From Octopus bimaculoides (taxonomy: Eukaryota), in contig NC_068991.1 in assembly GCF_001194135.2 (NCBI RefSeq), forward strand, positions 67,547,136-67,600,327: 53,192 bases of DNA, given 5' to 3'. Below, one piece after another: positions 34,911-46,181 of this stretch. Every line of letters starts with the position of its first letter. The stretch's first letter is position 1. The notes beneath the pieces are model-generated. The model was not told the DNA's origin and did no database searches. It saw nothing but the letters and a program-made list of their open reading frames with translations. The translations under genes and the position numbers were made by a program.

Positions 34911-35626
34911 AAGTCCTAAATCTTTTTTTTTTCTTGAATAGGCAGTAAAAAACCTCCAAAATNNNNNNNNNNNNNNNNNNNNNNNNNNNNNNNNNNNNNN
35001 NNNNNNNNNNNNNNNNNNNNNNNNNNNNNNNNNNNNNNNNNNNNNNNNNNNNNNNNNNNNNNNNNNNNNNNNNNNNNNNNNNNNNNNNNNNNNNNNNNNN
35101 NNNNNNNNNNNNNNNNNNNNNNNNNNNNNNNNNNNNNNNNNNNNNNNNNNNNNNNNNNNNNNNNNNNNNNNNNNNNNNNNNNNNNNNNNNNNNNNNNNNN
35201 NNNNNNNNNNNNNNNNNNNNNNNNNNNNNNNNNNNNNNNNNNNNNNNNNNNNNNNNNNNNNNNNNNNNNNNNNNNNNNNNNNNNNNNNNNNNNNNNNNNN
35301 NNNNNNNNNNNNNNNNNNNNNNNNNNNNNNNNNNNNNNNNNNNNNNNNNNNNNNNNNNNNNNNNNNNNNNNNNNNNNNNNNNNNNNNNNNNNNNNNNNNN
35401 NNNNNNNNNNNNNNNNNNNNNNNNNNNNNNNNNNNNNNNNNNNNNNNNNNNNNNNNNNNNNNNNNNNNNNNNNNNNNNNNNNNNNNNNNNNNNNNNNNNN
35501 NNNNNNNNNNNNNNNNNNNNNNNNNNNNNNNNNNNNNNNNNNNNNNNNNNNNNNCATTCAGGTAAAGCCAGAGGTGCCTCAGCCTCAACGCGTGTCTGCG
35601 CATTATCAGCCATGGCATCCCCAACC

Positions 35627-35673
35627 TGTTCACTGACAAAATCCCGTGATGCACGGAATTTTGTCAGTGAACA
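35627..35673. repeat. Hairpin palindrome: 22-bp stem with one mismatch and a 3-nt loop
   Basis: TGTTCACTGACAAAATCCCGTG-ATG-CACGGAATTTTGTCAGTGAACA. Confidence 0.9.
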
Positions 35674-35959
35674 CGTGGCGGTCTCAAAGCGACGAAAATA
35701 TTTTGGCAAATTAAATTTAAATGTTGAAGTGAATCTAACGGTTTTTGCATGTTTCTTATAGACACCTTCCACGCTGCAATTGTTTAATGTTGTATTTTTT
35801 TTATAAAAGTTCGCAAGGATATAGAAAAAAAAAACGCCTTGTGAAGTGAAAATCGTTGTGAGATAAAACATTTGTGCGAATGAAAATAAGAATATTTGTA
35901 AAAGTAAAATAACGGATGCTATGGCGGATAAGAAAGAGGAATGAAGACTTAAATGATTT

Positions 35960-38480
35960 TTATTTGTCCACAAGGGACTAACGCAGAGTACAAGGGGTCG
36001 AGGGGATTCGTCAACGAATGATTAAACATTATAAAATTTATGATGTATAATAAAATCGAATGATTAAGATGAAGTGATGGACAGGTATGACCCCACTGAT
36101 CACATTCCACCACTGAACCATTTAAAGAACCGTTATGTCCTCCCTTAAGATGGGACATTCATTCTCAGCATGTATCCCATTTTCTTCCATCTTTTCTCGT
36201 ATATACTTAGTGGCAGGCAACTCCTCTCTAGCCTTATTTTTCTCTTGAGTTGGGAAACAAAAACGCTTACCAGGCCTCGGCTGGTGATGAAGTCGCTTGT
36301 CACTACTTCTTTCATGCGAGACTTCCACACAACCTCTTTTGCAATCGCAGCTACAGCGAGAAAACAGACCTTCTTTTCCCCTTTCAGAGAGGGCGGTGAA
36401 ACAATCTTTATAATTGACTCGGAAGACAACTGTACTCTTCCTAAACGTGAAAGCAGGTGTTCAACATAAACCAAAACACTGATATTTTCGGACATTGCAC
36501 AATAACATGCAGAACAGTTTCACTGCTCTGCTTGCATCTAAGTCAAGCCTACAGGTCACAAATTTATGATCACTGTTGCAGACATAATGAAATTGTGGAA
36601 ACCTGGCTAAGTGTTTATCTTTACACCTAACAATAATCCTATCTAAGTAAGATCTCGAAGACCCGTCCCTATTAGACCATCTCCACACTGGAGCGTCCGG
36701 GAATTCTAGTCTGTATCGATCTGCCAGCTGAAAACGACTGAGCAGATCGTTGAGGCATGAGTTACTCCTCCTATCTGGGTTCAAGCCAACATAATCTACG
36801 CGTGTTTCGCAGATTGTGTTAAAGTCTCCTAACAACACTAAAGTATGTGACGTTCCTAAAAAGTTCTCTAGGCTTCGAAAAATGTCTGACTGCCCAGCTT
36901 TTCAAGGAGCATAGACAGCAACCAGCCTGAAAGTCTTACCACTGCTGTGCGTCACATCTAAGACGACCAGCTTGCCCGCCGGGTCAATAAAGATTGTTCT
37001 AATCTCTAACGTCAGGTTCTTCCTGAGTAGGACCGCGACGCCTCCTCTGTCTCCAGACTGACATGGAGAAATGAATTTCTCGTAGTCATTTAGGTGGAGT
37101 GAGAACGCCTGCGATCTACTCAGTCTAGTTTCTGTAATTACAAGATCGTCACAGAGGCGACCTTGCTTCCTGACTGATCCCAGGCCGCGTAGATTTATGC
37201 AACCTACATTAAGGGAGAACATAANNNNNNNNNNNNNNNNNNNNNNNNNNNNNNNNNNNNNNNNNNNNNNNNNNNNNNNNNNNNNNNNNNNNNNNNNNNN
37301 NNNNNNNNNNNNNNNNNNNNNNNNNNNNNNNNNNNNNNNNNNNNNNNNNNNNNNNNNNNNNNNNNNNNNNNNNNNNNNNNNNNNNNNNNNNNNNNNNNNN
37401 NNNNNNNNNNNNNNNNNNNNNNNNNNNNNNNNNNNNNNNNNNNNNNNNNNNNNNNNNNNNNNNNNNNNNNNNNNNNNNNNNNNNNNNNNNNNNNNNNNNN
37501 NNNNNNNNNNNNNNNNNNNNNNNNNNNNNNNNNNNNNNNNNNNNNNNNNNNNNNNNNNNNNNNNNNNNNNNNNNNNNNNNNNNNNNNNNNNNNNNNNNNN
37601 NNNNNNNNNNNNNNNNNNNNNNNNNNNNNNNNNNNNNNNNNNNNNNNNNNNNNNNNNNNNNNNNNNNNNNNNNNNNNNNNNNNNNNNNNNNNNNNNNNNN
37701 NNNNNNNNNNNNNNNNNNNNNNNNNNNNNNNNNNNNNNNNNNNNNNNNNNNNNNNNNNNNNNNNNNNNNNNNNNNNNNNNNNNNNNNNNNNNNNNNNNNN
37801 NNNNNNNNNNNNNNNNNNNNNNNNNNNNNNNNNNNNNNNNNNNNNNNNNNNNNNNNNNNNNNNNNNNNNNNNNNNNNNNNNNNNNNNNNNNNNNNNNNNN
37901 NNNNNNNNNNNNNNNNNNNNNNNNNNNNNNNNNNNNNNNNNNNNNNNNNNNNNNNNNNNNNNNNNNNNNNNNNNNNNNNNNNNNNNNNNNNNNNNNNNNN
38001 NNNNNNNNNNNNNNNNNNNTGAGGTCCACAGGGGCAGCCTGGATTAGCATCTCTAATCCCTGCCCCTGCTAGTTTTGTTGTTTAATTTTGGTGCCTTGCA
38101 GGATTGTTATTTTTCCCTCCAAGCCTAGAACGATCGCAGCCACGAGCCAGGCAACGTCGACCTTTGGTGGAATTTCTCTTACCTTCACCTTGGAGGTACG
38201 TCTTTCAAGGTACGTTGGTAGGAGTATCACTTCATGCGTTTTCCGTGGGGTAGTTGAGTGTTGCTTGGTTAAATCCTCAGATTCGAGCCGCACCTCTACT
38301 GTTGCAAATCTTTTGCCTCTGGCAAAGTATGCTATGCCTTGCCAGATGGGCTTTAGACACTTTTCTACTTGTTCTTTCTGTACTATGTCTAGCCTTGTGC
38401 TTTTAATGCTTTAAATATTACTGTTCTCCATTTTTTTTGCAAAATTTAAATATCCACCCCCGCCTCAAGCAGCGGGTAGG
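35960..38480 (-). mobile_element. Tx1/L1-clade LINE: ORF1 fragment, APE endonuclease and C-terminal zinc knuckle; RT domain deleted
   Basis: ORF1-like segment at 38070-38400. APE from 37222: MFSLNVGCINLRGL..ITETRL..GGVAVLL..LVAVYAP, LLGDFN, YLDRIIV, SDHK. At about 36540 this joins directly to RCKQSSETVLHVIVQCP and AIAKEVVWKSR...ERSCL..YEKRW. Confidence 0.85.
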
Positions 38481-39054
38481 GGAAACGTTAACAGTTCTGT
38501 GACAATGCAGAAAAACGAAGTTTTTAGCAACGAAATAACAAAAGGAGTTCAACAGTAAAATTAACAATAATAAGAAACGGTGCTTTACCACAGAAAGATG
38601 CTCGGGTGAATTGGAATGAAGATTTAACTTTTGAATTAAATCAAGTTAACATTTAAATAAGCAGATGGATTGTTGATAATTAAAGATAGGTAAATGGTGT
38701 CATTTGTTTTGTTTCTTTTACAAAACGGTCTCTGAGCTGTTCGTCCTTTGGAAGACGAATGGAACTATTTTCTTGCTTGGAAACAAGTGACGGCTGACAA
38801 CAGAAAGACCGTCAGCCGTAGAAAATCGGCTTCAATAACTTTTCTCTGATTCATGCATGCGTTGAAGTGTGGACGTTAAAACTATGATGTGTATGAATAT
38901 GCTTGAATGTATGAATATGCATGAGTGTATGTATATGAATGAATTTATGTATGAGCGTGGGTGTATGCGTGTGTATGAGTGTGTGTGTGTGTGAGAGAGT
39001 GTGTGTGTGAGAGTGTGTGTGTGTGCGTGTTTGTTTGAAGATACATAGTAATAG

Positions 39055-39260
39055 TCCTTTCTATTATAGGCACAAGGCCTGAAATTTGGGGAAGGGGGAT
39101 ATTCGATTACATCGACCCAAATATTTCACTTGTACTTAATTTATCGACCCCGAAAGGATAAAGGCAAAGTCGACCTCGGCAGAATTTGAACTCAGAACGT
39201 AGCGACGGGCAAAATACTGCTAAGCATTTTGTCCAGCGTGCTAACGATTCTGCCAGCCTT
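39055..39260 (-). mobile_element. SINE family D
   Basis: Reverse-orientation family D body. Confidence 0.75.
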
Positions 39261-39351
39261 GATATACATAGTAATAGTGAATGGTTTAATGCTTGTGCTG
39301 TGTTGATATGTATCATCGAATCCCAAATTAATCAAGCTCAAGCAATCTTAC

Positions 39352-39452
39352 CGCTTCGTATTTGACCAGATCGTTGAATCTTACAGATTTTGACATTTCC
39401 ATCATCAGTGGAAAACCAAGAAGAATGACATCCGCTTGTTTCACTTGAGTAC
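39352..39452 (-). CDS. PGGHG: PGGHG-like, internal exon (101 bp, phase 1-0)
   Basis: Acceptor tttcAG ends at 39453; donor GTAAGA starts at 39351. (G)TQVKQADVILLGFPLMMEMSKSVRFNDLVKYEA contains the GH65 KQAD motif. Confidence 0.93.
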
Positions 39453-39877
39453 CTGAAAGTAAAACACACACCGCTGTGGATAAACATATTCTCACAATAC
39501 ATAGACATAAACCTCCTGCGTTCATAACGTCAACAAACGTACACACTCACACAAGCATGTATACGTACATGCACATACACTCACAAATATATATATTTTT
39601 TCATTTCTTCTTTTTTCTTTTTAATTGTGTGAATGTGTACGTGTGTGAGTATATGTGTATGTATGTATATACTTTATATGTATATGTGTGTGCGTGTGTA
39701 TATATGTGCATGTATATATGTATGTATATGAGTGTAAGACTATGTCCGGTGCATAAGTGCGACTTTTGTGCACACGTTCCCTTCATATATACGGATATGC
39801 CTATGTTTGTATAAGTGCCGGTGTAGGTGTGTGATAGGAGGATGTATATGTAAATATATATATATGTACATATATAT

Positions 39878-39936
<59 letters not shown>

Positions 39937-40121
39937 CATACATATATATNNNNNNNNNNNNNNNNNNNNNNNNNNNNNNNNNNNNNNNNNNNNNNNNNNN
40001 NNNNNNNNNNNNNNNNNNNNNNNNNNNNNNNNNNNNNNNNNNNNNNNNNNNNNNNNNNNNNNNNNNNNNNNNNNNNNNNNNAGAAATGGCGTTAAACGCA
40101 GGTGTTATTCAAATCTTTATA

Positions 40122-40209
40122 CTTCCGACATATATTTCGAAGAAAATATTAATATTATTCCGGAGGGAATAGAATGATGTAAGACAATGTAATCCTCTCA
40201 TCAGGGAAA
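40122..40209 (-). ncRNA. Type I hammerhead ribozyme motif with all core nucleotides intact, probably a Penelope-like terminus
   Basis: Minus strand: UUUCC(40209-40205)-CUGAUGA-GAGGA[long loop II]UCUUC-GAAA-U(AUAU)G-UC|GGAAG(40126-40122). Predicted cleavage is after GUC at 40127. Confidence 0.65.
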
Positions 40210-41014
40210 AAAAAAGAGAAACAAAACACATCAATAAGGCATTTTAACTGAATGTGATTAACGCGTATATGATGAAGGGGAACACTAGCAAGTTATTTTT
40301 TTTTAAAAATCCATTAATATATTTAACATCAAAGGTAATTTAAAGAAAGAGAAGGAGGAGAAAGCAAGAAATTAACATAAAATTAAGAGTGGAGAAATAT
40401 AGTGCGATAGATGAATGGGAATAAAGCTTAAAAGCATGGAAATAGATATATGTAGTGCAAATGAAATGTAAGAAGACAAAGGTCGAATTTTATAGATTGG
40501 TAGAAATTACTTATAGGAACAAAAGGTATGTTTTTGCCAATGTTTGCAACGATAAACGCATTCTTTTAACGTATTTACAAGAGAATTCTCCGAGAACAGA
40601 ATGAGATATTGTTCTTCGTTACAGAGCGGACAAAAAGATTTACCTTTATCACATGGAAAGGATCTAGATAGAATATTCCATTCCAAATCAAACTGTTTAT
40701 TATGTTCCTTTAGAGAACAAATAAATTTACTAAGCCCAGTCTTACTGAGCTTAGTGTATAGGATACGGTAATTAATGATATTGTAGGAAAGTAAAAAGTA
40801 AAGGGAAAAATATAATTAATATTTTTGATTGTGTTCGGCTCTATGAATTTAATTTTTTAAAATGTTTTCATCAATTGCTTGATACAAGAAAAAAGAAAGT
40901 GGAAAAATCCCGAGGAAAACAGAGAAATTGTAACTTAACAAAAATTATAGAAAGAGAAAGAAAAGGTTGTATTCGAAAGTGAAAAAATGTCTTGAGGTTG
41001 CATTCTTTTATTGT

Positions 41015-41038
41015 TACTTATATATATATATGTACGTA

Positions 41039-41097
<59 letters not shown>
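41015..41097. repeat. (TA)n followed by (TATC)n microsatellite
   Basis: Read directly. Confidence 0.95.
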
Positions 41098-41739
41098 TCA
41101 AAATTAAGGAATGGAGCAGGTACCCTCAATTTGGAATTTTATTCACATACACAGCAACCCCAACTTCAATATGGTAAAAATTTACAACCTTTTGCGTCAA
41201 TAAACCTGTATTGTTCCCGNNNNNNNNNNNNNNNNNNNNNNNNNNNNNNNNNNNNNNNNNNNNNNNNNNNNNNNNNNNNNNNNNNNNNNNNNNNNNTTTT
41301 TTTTTTTTTTTAATACCTTCTCCGGACTGCTCGAAGCTTACTAACTTCCTACACCTGGATCTTTGGATCTTAACTTTACATATAATTATATATTGATCAA
41401 CAAGACTACCTGCATATTGAATTAAATTGTAAACGGCTGCGTATTCCACAGACACGTACACTGTTAATGTAATCCTCATTCAGAATAAATGTGATACAAG
41501 TGTGTGACAAGTTTGAACATTTGAAATACAGGCGCAAACCATCCAAAGGCCCGTAGAACAGTTTTCATTTACCCAGTTTCACTTACAAGACTTGGGTTAT
41601 CTCGAGTTTATGGTAAAAGAAAACTTCTTAACCATTTCGCCATGCTGCACACACAAATCTCACATTTACAACACAGCAAGAAGTATATCTCAATAACCAA
41701 CCATGCCCTTTAGAGACAGAAAATATTTCGGTCTTGTTT

Positions 41740-41965
41740 AAGGCGGCGACCTGGCAGAATCGTTAGCACGCCGCGCAAGAATCTTAGCGGTATTTTACCC
41801 CTTTTTTTAGGTTCCAAGTTCAAATTCCGCCGAGGTCGACTTTGTTTATTATCCTTTCGAGGTCGATAAAATAAATATCAGTTATGTACTGGGGTTGATG
41901 TAACCGACTTACCTTTATCCCCTTCCTCCAAATTGCTGGTTTTGTGCCAAGTTTTGAAACCAATA
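41740..41965 (+). mobile_element. SINE family D
   Basis: ggcggcgacctggcagaatcgttagcacgcc...ttcaaattccgccgaggtcgactttg. Confidence 0.75.
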
Positions 41966-42446
41966 TTTTGGTTTTGTTCAGCTGCTGATTCTGTCCATAG
42001 TTCAAGCAAGTCCTACAATGGAGCACTGCTCCTATATCTCAGATGGAGGCTTCTGCTACACAAACGAAAGCTCATCTAAATGTTTGGAATCTAGAAAAGC
42101 TTAATGCATGTTGGTGCATGAAAACTCCAAGCTGGCAAAGTTGACCTCAGTAGGATTTGAACTCAGAACATGAAGGGCTGAAGTTAAATACTCCAGGCAT
42201 TTTATTTGACCCTCTCATAATTCTACTAATTCACTCAATTCATCCTGATTTATCTTGAACTACCCCCACCCGCTGTAGTAGTTGTAGTTAAGTTCCAGAT
42301 AATTTCAGGTTAAGCAGACGTAACGTCAAAGGCATTCTAGCCATGCCCATCCCGTTTTTTTTCAGATATCTTATCTCAGACCATGTCTATGAATTGTCCA
42401 TGGCACATATAACAGAATCACATTAGACAGTCAATGTTTAACCTAC

Positions 42447-42662
42447 CTTGCTTATATCCATCATATTCTGGGTGGTACTGCAGTTTAGAATCAAATGGTA
42501 AGTACATGTTATCCTTCACAATTTCATAGACTTCTGTCTTTATAGACTCTTTACCCAGACGTTTAAGACAGTCGACAGCCATTTCCAGACTCTTGGCAGC
42601 TATGTAGTTGGTGTAGATGGAATTATCGACAGGAGAGTGGTATTCATCAGGGCCCATAACAC
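42447..42662 (-). CDS. PGGHG: PGGHG-like, internal exon (216 bp, phase 1-1)
   Basis: Acceptor tcaatAG ends at 42663; donor GTAGGT starts at 42446. GVMGPDEYHSPVDNSIYTN...PFDSKLQYHPEYDGYKQ contains the GH65 catalytic-acid motif PDEY. Confidence 0.95.
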
Positions 42663-42984
42663 CTATTGAATAAAGAAGGAACTTGCCAATGAATTCTTTT
42701 ATAATGCAGAACAAATAACATACCATTTTGCTGCTAGAGGTTTCGGATCTTTTTTAAAACGGGGGCCACATTTTTCATTAACGAAACACTTTGAAACTTG
42801 GATCACTGGTAGAATGTGTCATATAAAACATCTTTTTCTCTTAGTCTTCTTAAAAAAAAAAAAGAAATCCATAAGTTTTTCCATGTTAAAGTTGTCGTAT
42901 TTCTGTAATTTCAACCAATCACTGACGTCCATTCAGCCGATATACATTAAGTGCCGACTACATAAACAAACGATTCTGAAACAA

Positions 42985-43048
42985 TTAACCCTAACCCTAA
43001 CCCTAACCCTAACCTTAACCCTAACCCTAGGGTTAGGGTTAGGGTTAA
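42985..43048. repeat. Interstitial telomere-like repeats, (CCCTAA)x~7 joined to (TTAGGG)x~3 as a palindrome
   Basis: Read directly; the symmetry centre CCCT|AGGG is at 43028/43029. Confidence 0.9.
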
Positions 43049-44360
43049 AGCAAATTTAAAATGAAAAAAGCNNNNNNNNNNNNNNNNNNNNNNNNNNNNN
43101 NNNNNNNNNNNNNNNNNNNNNNNNNNNNNNNNNNNNNNNNNNNNNNNNNNNNNNNNNNNNNNNNNNNNNNNNNNNNNNNNNNNNNNNNNNNNNNNNNNNN
43201 NNNNNNNNNNNNNNNNNNNNNNNNNNNNNNNNNNNNNNNNNNNNNNNNNNNNNNNNNNNNNNNNNNNNNNNNNNNNNNNNNNNNNNNNNNNNNNNNNNNN
43301 NNNNNNNNNNNNNNNNNNNNNNNNNNNNNNNNNNNNNNNNNNNNNNNNNNNNNNNNNNNNNNNNNNNNNNNNNNNNNNNNNNNNNNNNNNNNNNNNNNNN
43401 NNNNNNNNNNNNNNNNNNNNNNNNNNNNNNNNNNNNNNNNNNNNNNNNNNNNNNNNNNNNNNNNNNNNNNNNNNNNNNNNNNNNNNNNNNNNNNNNNNNN
43501 NNNNNNNNNNNNNNNNNNNNNNNNNNNNNNNNNNNNNNNNNNNNNNNNNNNNNNNNNNNNNNNNNNNNNNNNNNNNNNNNNNNNNNNNNNNNNNNNNNNN
43601 NNNNNNNNNNNNNNNNNNNNNNNNNNNNNNNNNNNNNNNNNNNNNNNNNNNNNNNNNNNNNNNNNNNNNNNNNNNNNNNNNNNNNNNNNNNNNNNNNNNN
43701 NNNNNNNNNNNNNNNNNNNNNNNNNNNNNNNNNNNNNNNNNNNNNNNNNNNNNNNNNNNNNNNNNCTAACACTCACCGGTTCAATTTCCTCTCATTTATT
43801 ATTTATATTTTTTTTTTTCCAAAATTTTCGTTGCGTTTGCAGCCTTCTCAACATCCATTGGCAAAGTTGCAAAAACAACGAAAATTTTTGGAACACACAA
43901 AAAATAAATAATACATGAGTTGAAATGGTGTGTTAAATATTCTTTTCTCTAGGCACAAGGCCCGACATTTTTGGGAAGGGGGCCAGTCAATTAGATCGAC
44001 CCCAATACGCAACTGGTACTTAATTTATCGATCCCGAAAGGATGAAAGCAAAGTCGACCTCGGCGGAAACTGCTTTAGAAATATTAGACCAACCACAGTG
44101 CTCAAAAAACAAAGCTTACTTTAGCAGAATTTGAAATTACATGTTGAGAGCGTAAGTTGATTTCATTAACCCCAATATACAACTGGTACTTATTTTATCG
44201 ACCCTGAAAAGATGAAAGGCAATGTCGACCTTGGCAGAATTTGAACTCAGAACGTAAAGATGGACAAAATGCTGTTAAGTATTTTCCCCGGCGTTAAGCA
44301 TTTTGCTTTAAACTATATCAAATATTGAAATTATATTAAACATTATAAAATCCATATTAC

Positions 44361-44570
44361 CTGTTATAATGTATTTCATGAGCTTCTTGTCGAGCGCCGC
44401 CCTGTGTATCCAAAATTCTGCGATATTTTGAAGCATTTCTGCTCCTCTTTCGTTCTTGAAAAAATCTAGGTCGTCTGACATGTACAGATATTGTTGGGCA
44501 GCAAAAGCAATGTCCCCTGTCACGTGTTGTTCGTAAAGGGCCACCCAATGGGCGTTGGTCGTTTCCATAC
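44361..44570 (-). CDS. PGGHG: PGGHG-like, internal exon (210 bp, phase 1-1)
   Basis: Acceptor attacAG ends at 44571; donor GTAATA starts at 44360. (G)METTNAHWVALYEQHVTGDIAFAAQQY...IAEFW...KYIIT fits the E.H.(N/T)G...EFW pattern. Confidence 0.93.
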
Positions 44571-44683
44571 CTGTAATATGGTATATGAATAGTCTTTTAC
44601 ATAGATGTGAGGGTATGATATTTACAGAGAGAAGAAAACAAGTGAGTTGTCACTTTTATATCTCTTCTATAGATTTTAATTGA

Positions 44684-45252
44684 CGGAGTGGCTGTGTAGT
44701 AAGTAGCTTGCTTACCAAGCACATGGTTCCGGGTTCAGTCCCACTGCGTGGCACCTTGGGCAAGTGTCTTCTACTATAGCCTCGGGCCGACCAAAGCCTT
44801 GTGAGTGGATTTGGTAGACGGAAACTGAAAGAAACCCGTCATATATATGTATATATATATATATATATATAAAACCAAAGTTTTAAATTTTTACATTTAA
44901 GAAAGAGATTTGACGCCAATATCCATATTAAAGTTATTTAATCCGATGTTAACATTTCTGTATAAAGCTATATTTGACCGTCAAGTTTAAGTCAAACATA
45001 TAAGTTGCCATACACTTCTTCGGNNNNNNNNNNNNNNNNNNNNNNNNNNNNNNNNNNNNNNNNNNNNNNNNNNNNNNNNNNNNNNNNNNNNNNNNNNNNN
45101 NNNNNNNNNNNNNNNNNNNNNNNNNNNNNNNNNNNNNNNNNNNNNNNNNNNNNNNNNNNNNNNNNNNNNNNNNNNNNNNNNNNNNNNNNNNNNNNNNNNN
45201 NNNNNNNNNNNNNNNNNNNNNNNNNNNNNNNNNNNNNNNNNNNNNNNNNNNN

Positions 45253-45288
<36 letters not shown>

Positions 45289-45505
45289 GATATGTTTGTG
45301 TGTCTGTGTTTGTCCCCACAACTTCGCTTGACAACCGATGCTGGTGTGTTTACGTCCCCGTAACTTAGCGGTTCGGCAAAAGAGACCGATAGAATAAGTA
45401 CTAGGCTTACAAAGAATAAGTCCTGGGGTCGATTTGCTCGACTAAAGGCGGTGGCCCAGCATGGCCGCAGTCAAATGACTGAAACAAGTAAAAGAGTAAA
45501 AGAGT
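44684..45505 (+). mobile_element. SINE family B whose central (TA)n is interrupted by an unrelated AT-rich insert (44871-45023) and a gap
   Basis: Family B head at 44684-44870 and second half at 45253-45505. Confidence 0.8.
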
Positions 45506-45794
45506 ATTAGACTAACTTCATTGGACGTTGTACAAGAAGACAAAATCCTTAAACTGTTGATGACAATTGGAAAATTATGAAAGTCAGGAGAGACAGAAGC
45601 GACATTTTATTCGTCTTATCAGCAGGTTAGAAAAAAAGATCAACCCGATGATATGTTAAGTTGAAGGAATGGTGGTCTATGAGTGTCCCTTTATACTTAG
45701 TACATGAAATCAAAAACAGAATCAAAGGTCCTTCCCAAGCCATATGCTCATGTGGCTGGTTACTCGGATTCGGCGATGTATGCATTCCTTGTGT

Positions 45795-46181
45795 GGAGGC
45801 GCAATGGCCCGGTAGTTAGGGCAGCAGACTCGCGGTCGTAGGATCGCGGTTTCGATTCCCAGACCGGGTGTTGTGAGTGTTTATTGAGTGGAAACACCTA
45901 AAGCTCCACCAAGCTCCGGCAGGGGATAGTGGTGAACCCTACTGTACTCTTTCACCACAACTTTCTCTCACTCTTTCTTCCTGTTTCTGTTGTGCCTGTA
46001 ATTCGAAGGGTCAGCCTTATCACACTGTGTCACGCTGAATATCCCCGAGAATTACGTTAAGGGTACACGTGTCTGTGGAGTGCTCAGCCACTTGCACGTT
46101 AATTTCACGAGCAGGCTGTTCCGTTGATCGGATCAATTGGAACCCTCGACGTCGTAAGCGACCGAGTGCCAACAACAACAA
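45795..46181 (+). mobile_element. SINE family A, full length, with (CAA)n tail
   Basis: A and B boxes and the family body. Confidence 0.85.

Noticed and set aside
35680-35830. KTVRF..KFNLPKYFRRFETAT as a hAT/Charlie BED-finger remnant
   Set aside because: The resemblance is too weak and the zinc-ligand Cys/His pattern is absent.
44871-45023. Possible third hammerhead/Penelope-like terminus inserted in the (TA)n of a SINE (minus strand CCGAAGA...UAAAC...GGUC)
   Set aside because: Two core mismatches (U4>C, G12>U), a weak stem II, and a stem I partner hidden in the gap.
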